NCBI GenBank assembly: GCA_016839745.1
Contig: JAEOTS010000146.1
Location: 1-10,421 of the forward strand
Reading direction: 5' to 3'
Length of the DNA: 10,421 nt
From: Promethearchaeota archaeon
GTDB lineage: Archaea; Asgardarchaeota; Lokiarchaeia; Sigyniarchaeales; SOKP01
Shown: one piece after another, positions 1 to 6,134 of the stretch
How the letters are laid out: every line of letters starts with the position of its first letter
How positions within the stretch are numbered: position 1 is the stretch's first letter
Notes under the pieces: generated by a model
Told to the model about the DNA's origin: nothing
Database searches by the model: none
The model's input: only the letters and a program-made list of their open reading frames with translations
Position numbers and translations under genes: made by a program

Positions 1-2
1 AA

Positions 3-1697
3 AGAATAGAAGAATTAAAAGAAATTTCAAGGATATGTGCTAAAGTACCTGCAAAACCGGCAGACACTTTATATGAAGCAGTTCAATCGATTTGGACTAG
101 TTTTGTATGCCTTCATTGTGAAAATGCTAATTCTGCTTTATCTATTGGAAGACTTGATCAGATGTTACAACCCTTTTTCATTAAAGATATTGAGAAAGCA
201 AAAACTGAAGATGAGAAACAAACCATCATTAAACATGCTATTGAATTAGTTGGATCCTTGTTTCTAAGAACCAATGACCATGATCCATTAATGCCAAATG
301 TAGGTTGGAAGTTATTCGGAGGTAGTTCTTCAGACGACACTGTAACTGTTGGAGGTGTGGATAGAGAAGGCAAAAATGCTGTTAATGATATGTCTTTTAT
401 TATTTTGAAAGCAAACGAAATGCTAGGTTTTCAAGATCCAAATATGAATGCTAGATATTATTCCGGGATTAACTCCAAAGAATATTTACGAAGACTAACA
501 GAAGTAAACATTAATATGGGAGCGTCTCCGAGCATCCATAATGATAAGACTATGATTGAAGCTTTAGTCCATGAAGGGTTTTCTTTAGAAGATGCAAGAG
601 AATGGGCGGTCACTGGTTGTGTAGAACCCACGATTGCAGGAAAACATTATGGTCATACAAATTGTATGCTTTTAAACTTAGTTGCTCCTCTAGAAATGGC
701 ATTAAATAACGGAAATATTCCCTTAACTGGCGATAAGATGGGTGTTGACACCGGCGATGTTCGATCAGATTTTCCTACCTTCAGTGATTTTCTCAATGCA
801 TACAAGGAACAACTTAAGTATTTAGCCGAACAATCGATTGAGATAAATAATTTTCTTGGGGAAGCACACGAGTATGTTCATCCTACGCCCTTATTATCAG
901 GTTTTTACGAAGGACCTTTAGAAAAAGGTAAAGATCTTATAAAAGGTGGTGCAATTTACAACACCTCGGGAGTTGCTCTTGTAGCGCTAACAGATGTTAT
1001 TGATAGTTTATTAGTCATAAGAGATTTAGTGTATAACAGAAAAGAATTCGATTTTGCGATGTTGATGGAAGCAATTGATAGCGATTTTGAAGGATACGAT
1101 TCAATTTTAAATAAAATAGAGCAAGTTCCTAAATTTGGATCTGGTGAAGAAGGTACAGTTGAATTGGCTCAGGATATCATTGATTATTGTTATAACATAT
1201 ACAATTCTGCCGATAATTATAGAGGCGGGAAATATCTTGTAGGATACTGGTCAATTAGCTATCATACTGGATTTGGAATGCTTACACGTGCTTTACCATC
1301 AGGCAGAAAGAAAGGAAAAGCTTTAACGCCAGGGTTAACTCCTGCTCCAGGCACTACTGATATATTACTACCAAGTATTCAGAGCGTTGCGGCTTTAGAT
1401 TATTTAAAAATGGCAAACAATGCTTCGTATAATGTAAAGTTGGTACCACATGCAGGAGATACTCATGAAAAAACATTAGATTTGTTTACTAGTTATGTTC
1501 AAAGTTTTTTCGATTTGAATGGAATGCAATGGCAATTTAATGTTATATCGTCAGATACTTTGAGAGATGCTATGGCCAATCCAATTGATTATCGATGGTT
1601 ATTAGTAAGAGTTTCCGGTTATAATGCCTACTTTACGAAATTAAATAAAAATATGCAATTAGAAATAATTGAACGACACGAATATCAAGCAAAATAA
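3..1697 (+). CDS. Glycyl radical enzyme (PFL superfamily, eliminase/dehydratase-like, substrate unknown); 5'-partial, starts upstream of the window
   Basis: The frame is open from position 3 (RIEELKEISRICAKVPAKPADTLYEAVQSIW...ENANSALSIGRLDQ), typical GRE core sequence, so the ORF-track Met at 162 is internal. Cys loop GCVEP is at 615-629 (single Cys, not the PFL CC pair). The C-terminal Gly loop LLVRVSGYNAYF has RVSGY at 1608-1622 and is preceded by QWQFNV. An activase gene lies 30 nt downstream. Confidence 0.96.
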   Translation, partial: RIEELKEISRICAKVPAKPADTLYEAVQSIWTSFVCLHCENANSALSIGRLDQMLQPFFIKDIEKAKTEDEKQTIIKHAIELVGSLFLRTNDHDPLMPNVGWKLFGGSSSDDTVTVGGVDREGKNAVNDMSFIILKANEMLGFQDPNMNARYYSGINSKEYLRRLTEVNINMGASPSIHNDKTMIEALVHEGFSLEDAREWAVTGCVEPTIAGKHYGHTNCMLLNLVAPLEMALNNGNIPLTGDKMGVDTGDVRSDFPTFSDFLNAYKEQLKYLAEQSIEINNFLGEAHEYVHPTPLLSGFYEGPLEKGKDLIKGGAIYNTSGVALVALTDVIDSLLVIRDLVYNRKEFDFAMLMEAIDSDFEGYDSILNKIEQVPKFGSGEEGTVELAQDIIDYCYNIYNSADNYRGGKYLVGYWSISYHTGFGMLTRALPSGRKKGKALTPGLTPAPGTTDILLPSIQSVAALDYLKMANNASYNVKLVPHAGDTHEKTLDLFTSYVQSFFDLNGMQWQFNVISSDTLRDAMANPIDYRWLLVRVSGYNAYFTKLNKNMQLEIIERHEYQAK

Positions 1698-1727
1698 ACT
1701 AATTCCTTTTTTATTTTTTAAAGTTAT

Positions 1728-2630
1728 ATGTTTGTAAACAAAATATTAATAGTCGATATCAAAAGAAACGCATTAGACGATGGTCCGGGAATAAGAACCT
1801 TAGTTTTCTTTAAAGGATGTCCTTTATCTTGTGTATGGTGCCAAAATCCTGAAGCTAGATCCCCATTTAAAGAAATTTCTTTTAATGTAAATCTTTGTAG
1901 TGAATGTAAGGCGTGTTTAGAAGTCTGTAATCAAAAAGCTATAAACTTCTCGTATAAATTTCGGGTTGATCGCTCAAAATGTAATCTTTGTGGTAATTGC
2001 GTTGAAATTTGTCCAAATTCTGCCTTAAAATTTGTAGGTCAAGAATATAGCATAAGAGAATTACTTAAAATCTTATTACAAGATAGGGTTTTTTATAAAA
2101 ATTCAGGAGGTGGGGTTACTCTTTCTGGTGGGGAACCACTTTATCATATAGATTATGTTGGGGAATTAGTAAAAGAACTCAAAAGAGAAGAGATACATAT
2201 TTGCATTGAAACCTGTGGATATTATAATCGTGACAAATTCTACGAATTGGTTTTACCCTTTACTGACCTTATATATTTTGACCTGAAAATATACAAACCG
2301 AAATTACACGCTCAGCATTGTAAAGTATCAAATGAGAGAATATTAGCAAATTTTGAAGATCTCATTAAAAACAAATCAATTGAGATATTACCAAGGATTC
2401 CAATTATTCCGGGTATAACTGACTCTAATGAGAATTTGAGTAAACTAGCCAATTATTTAAAAATGCTAGAAATAAAAAGAATAAAATTGTTGCCTTATAA
2501 TCCCCTCTGGCTTTCTAAATCAGCAATGATAGGAATCAAACCTCTCTACGATTATTCTGATTGGTTAGATAACAATAATAAAGAGAGAATTAAGTCTTTC
2601 TTTTCTAATTTTGAGTTTGATGATTTTTAG
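1728..2630 (+). CDS. Glycyl-radical enzyme activating enzyme (radical SAM) with inserted 2x[4Fe-4S] ferredoxin domain
   Basis: DGPGIRTLVFFKGCPLSCVWCQNPE contains the CxxxCxxC motif. Ferredoxin motifs CSECKACLEVC and CNLCGNCVEICP, GGGVTLSGGEP, ETCG, DLK and RIPIIPG are present. The gene directly follows the GRE. Confidence 0.96.
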   Translation: MFVNKILIVDIKRNALDDGPGIRTLVFFKGCPLSCVWCQNPEARSPFKEISFNVNLCSECKACLEVCNQKAINFSYKFRVDRSKCNLCGNCVEICPNSALKFVGQEYSIRELLKILLQDRVFYKNSGGGVTLSGGEPLYHIDYVGELVKELKREEIHICIETCGYYNRDKFYELVLPFTDLIYFDLKIYKPKLHAQHCKVSNERILANFEDLIKNKSIEILPRIPIIPGITDSNENLSKLANYLKMLEIKRIKLLPYNPLWLSKSAMIGIKPLYDYSDWLDNNNKERIKSFFSNFEFDDF

Positions 2631-2642
2631 TTTTTTATTTCT

Positions 2643-2657
2643 GGAAAGTTTAATATA
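2643..2657 (+). promoter_or_regulatory. Putative archaeal BRE/TATA promoter for the AOR gene
   Basis: GGAAAG followed by TTTAATATA (2649-2657), about 45-55 nt upstream of the AOR start. It follows a T-run (2631-2640) just after the activase stop. Confidence 0.45.
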
Positions 2658-2702
2658 TTAAAAAAACGAAAGTAATAGTAAAATTCTACAATTTAAAAAA
2701 GA

Positions 2703-4514
2703 GTGGAAATAATGGGAAAAATTTTAAGAGTCGATTTAGATACAAAAAATCTCTCTATTGAGAATGTAAGCCCTTCAGATGAACAAAATTATATCGGTGG
2801 TGCTGGGGTTGCAGCTGTAATATTTACCCGTGAAGTACCAGCAAATACCCTTCCATACGATGGTAAAAATCTACTAATCTTTTCTGTAGGCCCATTTTGT
2901 GGTACTACTGTTCCTTTCTGTGGGCGTCACTTCGTAATGGCAAAATCACCCTTAACAGGAATTCTTGGGGAATCTTCCGCGGGTGGATTTTTCGGAAAGG
3001 AATTGAAAAGTGCTGGATTTGATCACATTGTTATTAAAGGAATAAGTGAAAATCCGGTATTCCTTTGGATCGATAATGAGAAGGTAGAGATTCGAGATGC
3101 TTCTGATATATGGAATTTTGGAACTATAAAAACAGAAACTACGATTAAGCAACTACTTAATGATGATAAAATTAAAATTGCTTCAATTGGTCCTGCTGGA
3201 GTTAATCTCGTAAAATACGCGGCAATAATAAGTGAAACTCAACATGCCGCCGGACGATGTGGAATGGGGGCTATAATGGGCAGCAAAAAACTAAAAGCTA
3301 TTGCTGTTAAAGGTAGTGGTCAAGTAAACATTGAAAATGAAGAAGATTTAAAGACTGCAGTAAAAACCATAAGAGAGATAGTAAAAGAAAATCCACTTGC
3401 TGATGTAATGAAAGAAACCGGGACACTCGCACATATGGATAATTATGTGAGTATGGGAGATGTGCCTATCAAAAACTTTACCTTAAGTAGATGGCCAGGA
3501 ACAAAAAAAATTGGATATTACGCCCTAAAAGAAAAGTATAAGGTAAAGCACTACGCGTGTTTCAATTGTCCTGTTGCCTGCAGAGCATTTATAAATTTTG
3601 AAGGTCAAACGGTTGCTTGGCCCGAATATGAAACTCTTGCAATGATGGGATCTATTCTAATGGTTAATGATTTAGATGCTTTAATTAAATGGAATGGGAT
3701 TTTAAACGATCTAGGAATTGACACTATTTCACTTGGGGGCACGATTGGGACTTTTCTTGAAGCAATAGAACGAAAATTGATTAACCTTGATTTTAAAGAA
3801 TTTGGATTTGAATCTGATCCAGAAAAACCTGGTGAATATCAAATTTGGGGAGCTATTACAGCAATTGAAAAATTATTTCAAATGATTTCTATGCGAGAAG
3901 GGATCGGTGATGATCTAGCTGAAGGAGTTAGGATTTTTTGCAGAAAAAGAAACTTACCGGGGGATCTTGAAACACATGGTAAAGGTCTTGAAGTTCCAGC
4001 TCATGAGCCTAGATGCAATAATATGACCGCTTTAGACTATGCAACATCCTCTCGTGGTGCGTATCATTGCTATGAGCCATTACATTTATCCTCATTGGCA
4101 AATCTGAAAATTGATATTGGCTTGGATAAGCAAGTTGAACGATTTGGAATTGACGATGTTGTTAATGCTGTTGTTAAAATTCAAAATTCTGGTGAAGCAT
4201 ATTCCGCATGTGGTGGATGTATCTTTGGGTTTTGGTATGTTAATCAAGTTACACCCTGGATGCAATCTTTAAACGCAATTACCGGGCAATCTTACACCAT
4301 CGAAAGCTGGGTCCAAGCGGGCGAAAGAATATTCAGTTTGAAACGAAAATTTAATATGGAGTGTGGAATTACTAAAGAAGATGATACCCTCGGTCCTAGA
4401 TTCTTTATTCCTATTACAAAAGGGGGTACAAAACAAAACATTCCACCATTAGACAAATTACTTCCAAAATACTATAATTTAAGAGGATGGGATTCAGAGG
4501 GAAACCCTCCTTAA
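2703..4514 (+). CDS. aor: Tungsten-containing aldehyde:ferredoxin oxidoreductase family protein
   Basis: N-terminal GKILRVDL, KSPLTG, ELKSAGFD, IGPAG, AAGRCGMGAIMGSKKLKAIAVKG, the Fe-S motif CFNCPVAC, EYET, GIDTIS, KGLEVPAHEPR and C-terminal YYNLRGWD..GNP. The start is GTG 2703 or ATG 2712. Confidence 0.93.
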   Translation: MEIMGKILRVDLDTKNLSIENVSPSDEQNYIGGAGVAAVIFTREVPANTLPYDGKNLLIFSVGPFCGTTVPFCGRHFVMAKSPLTGILGESSAGGFFGKELKSAGFDHIVIKGISENPVFLWIDNEKVEIRDASDIWNFGTIKTETTIKQLLNDDKIKIASIGPAGVNLVKYAAIISETQHAAGRCGMGAIMGSKKLKAIAVKGSGQVNIENEEDLKTAVKTIREIVKENPLADVMKETGTLAHMDNYVSMGDVPIKNFTLSRWPGTKKIGYYALKEKYKVKHYACFNCPVACRAFINFEGQTVAWPEYETLAMMGSILMVNDLDALIKWNGILNDLGIDTISLGGTIGTFLEAIERKLINLDFKEFGFESDPEKPGEYQIWGAITAIEKLFQMISMREGIGDDLAEGVRIFCRKRNLPGDLETHGKGLEVPAHEPRCNNMTALDYATSSRGAYHCYEPLHLSSLANLKIDIGLDKQVERFGIDDVVNAVVKIQNSGEAYSACGGCIFGFWYVNQVTPWMQSLNAITGQSYTIESWVQAGERIFSLKRKFNMECGITKEDDTLGPRFFIPITKGGTKQNIPPLDKLLPKYYNLRGWDSEGNPP

Positions 4515-4610
4515 ATATTTTTAATACTCATAAATTTTCCTTATTTTTATTTTATATTCTTCTCTAATTGATTAAGAGAAAAACACACTTTAGGTTTTTT
4601 TTTCTTTTTT
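4515..4610 (+). terminator. Putative oligo-T terminator region downstream of aor
   Basis: Several T-tracts follow the aor stop, the longest being TTTTTTTTTCTTTTTT at 4595-4610. An imperfect inverted repeat TTCTCT...AGAGAA lies at 4560-4580. Confidence 0.4.
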
Positions 4611-4670
4611 AAGTTCCTTTAGGTCCTTTTATTAATTTTCTGTGATATTATTTATCTAACATAAAAATAT

Positions 4671-5141
4671 GTGTTGTGCTTTAACTTGAAGATTGAAGAA
4701 ACTGAAAGTATTGCTAAAAAATGGATTATAGATATGTGGGGCAAACCTGATTTGAGCCTTGCTGATATGCTTGTTGATTCCAATTACAAGCCTGAGTGGA
4801 TTCACATAGACAAAAAGGGTCCAAAATTGATCAAACACGAAATACAGCATTTTCGCTCAATTTTTCCGGATTTAAAGCATGAAATTATTGAGATCAAGGG
4901 TGAAGAAAATAAAGTGTGGATTCGTTATAAAGCAACTGGAACTCATAAAGGGACAGGCTGGGGCTTTCAACCCACCAATAAAAGAGTAGACTTCGAAGTA
5001 GCCGCTATACTATATGTATCGGAAGGAAAGGTTATCGATTTATGGGAATCGTTCTGTTTCTATGATATTTTAGCCGAATTAGGGGTGCTCCCCCCTTTTT
5101 GGGACTTACACAAATATCTTTTAGATTACAAACCAAAATAA
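4671..5141 (+). CDS. SnoaL-like / ester cyclase family protein (NTF2-like fold)
   Basis: KGP...FRSIFPDLKHEI...EENKVWIRYKATGTHKG..WGFQPTNKRVDF...EGKVIDLW...LAELG matches the ester cyclase pattern (FPDL, GTHxG, PTGK-like). The start is uncertain: GTG 4671 or in-frame TTG 4686. Confidence 0.85.
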   Translation: MLCFNLKIEETESIAKKWIIDMWGKPDLSLADMLVDSNYKPEWIHIDKKGPKLIKHEIQHFRSIFPDLKHEIIEIKGEENKVWIRYKATGTHKGTGWGFQPTNKRVDFEVAAILYVSEGKVIDLWESFCFYDILAELGVLPPFWDLHKYLLDYKPK

Positions 5142-5178
5142 AAAAGTCTTTTATTATCCAATTTTAATTCTATAATTT

Positions 5179-6045
5179 TTATTGCTTAGGAATTCCATCA
5201 GAACATGAAACACCTACTTGACAAAGACCACACCCATAAATAGGTATTTTATAATGCTCTTTAACGTAAGGAACTGTGCTAGAAACCTTCTCATAGCATT
5301 TTAGTTTGTTATGTCCATCCTTCAAGGTTATTGCTCCAACAGGACAACGTTTCACGCAATCTCCACATTTAATACAATATTCATATCGGCTAGCGGCTCG
5401 TTTATTAGCATCAGAAGGCATTTTATGATTAATGACAAAACTACCGCACCTCATTGCCTTACCTCGTTCATTAATAAATCCATCTGAAATGCCGAATGAC
5501 CCTAACCCCGAAGCGAAGCACATATGCCTATGAGACCATGTGGAAGCAAATGCGCCTTGCCAGGCGTCCTTATGCTCTCTATAAATCTTGAATAATTTCT
5601 TTTCGGCCATAGGAGCAACACCATCAACTCCAAACTCATTTTTAAGTTCATTTAATACATACTTCCAGATTTTTTGATTCTCTTCCTCACCATAAAGTCT
5701 TGTGTGAGCCCATCTTTCGCTTGGCCATTCAAGAGAATATTCAAGATTTTCTTTTTTTGTAAGTGTGTTCATGGGAAGGATAAATGCTATTACGGTTAAA
5801 TTTTCTAGAGTGTCGTATTCAATATTTTTAATTTCGCAATATTTCGCAAAAGCCTCCTTAGGAGTTAAGTGAAAAGGTCCAACAAGTTTCTTATACTCTT
5901 GAAAAATGGGATCGTTTCCAGAACAAAACCCTAAAAGAACATTAGGATCCCAAAATAACGTACCATCCACTCCGGTCATTCTATTCCCCTCGTCTTCCCT
6001 TAAAAAGGTGTTAATTTTACCTATAAACCAATTTTTATTTAACAT
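5179..6045 (-). CDS. Epoxyqueuosine reductase (QueG)/reductive dehalogenase-like 4Fe-4S protein, probably cobamide-binding; function unknown
   Basis: WSHRHMCFASGLGSFGISDGFINERGKAMRCGSFV resembles the family motif S(H/E)RHAAxxAGLGxxG...GxxxRxGSV. Fe-S motifs are CIKCGDCVKRCPVGAI and C...CGLCQVGVSC. Confidence 0.8.
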   Translation of the reverse strand: MLNKNWFIGKINTFLREDEGNRMTGVDGTLFWDPNVLLGFCSGNDPIFQEYKKLVGPFHLTPKEAFAKYCEIKNIEYDTLENLTVIAFILPMNTLTKKENLEYSLEWPSERWAHTRLYGEEENQKIWKYVLNELKNEFGVDGVAPMAEKKLFKIYREHKDAWQGAFASTWSHRHMCFASGLGSFGISDGFINERGKAMRCGSFVINHKMPSDANKRAASRYEYCIKCGDCVKRCPVGAITLKDGHNKLKCYEKVSSTVPYVKEHYKIPIYGCGLCQVGVSCSDGIPKQ

Positions 6046-6101
6046 ATTAACTATTTCTCAAAATTTATAAGTAATTTTATGACTTTTGGGAATTTTAATA
6101 T

Positions 6102-6119
6102 CAAAAAAGAAAAAAGAAA
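6102..6119 (-). terminator. Putative oligo-T terminator after the AbfD-like gene
   Basis: The minus strand reads TTTCTTTTTTCTTTTTTG starting about 15 nt after the stop codon at 6135. Confidence 0.45.
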
Positions 6120-6134
6120 TGTTTTCATTTTAAT

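Noticed and set aside
162-164. ORF-track start of the GRE
   Set aside because: This is an internal Met, because conserved GRE sequence continues upstream to the window edge.
37-249. 70-aa + strand ORF
   Set aside because: It is an alternative frame inside the GRE, whose frame is open from position 3 with recognisable family sequence.
158-373. 71-aa - strand ORF
   Set aside because: It is antisense to the GRE and has no recognisable motifs.
3-1697. Calling the GRE pflB, cutC, hypD or bssA
   Set aside because: It has no CC pair (PFL), and the substrate-loop residues do not match CutC or HypD as I recall them. No small bss-type subunit genes are visible and the loop is GCVE-type.
2628-2702. 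TAG readthrough (pyrrolysine) fusing the activase to the in-frame AOR
   Set aside because: In-frame TAA and TAG stops follow at 2673-2678, and both proteins are complete as separate ORFs.
2952-3152. 66-aa - strand ORF
   Set aside because: It is an antisense shadow of aor.
4656-4850. 64-aa - strand ORF
   Set aside because: It is antisense to the ester cyclase gene and has no motifs.
5137-5155. AATAAAA-N5-TTTTATT hairpin between the convergent genes
   Set aside because: The stem is all A/T, weak and expected by chance at this composition.
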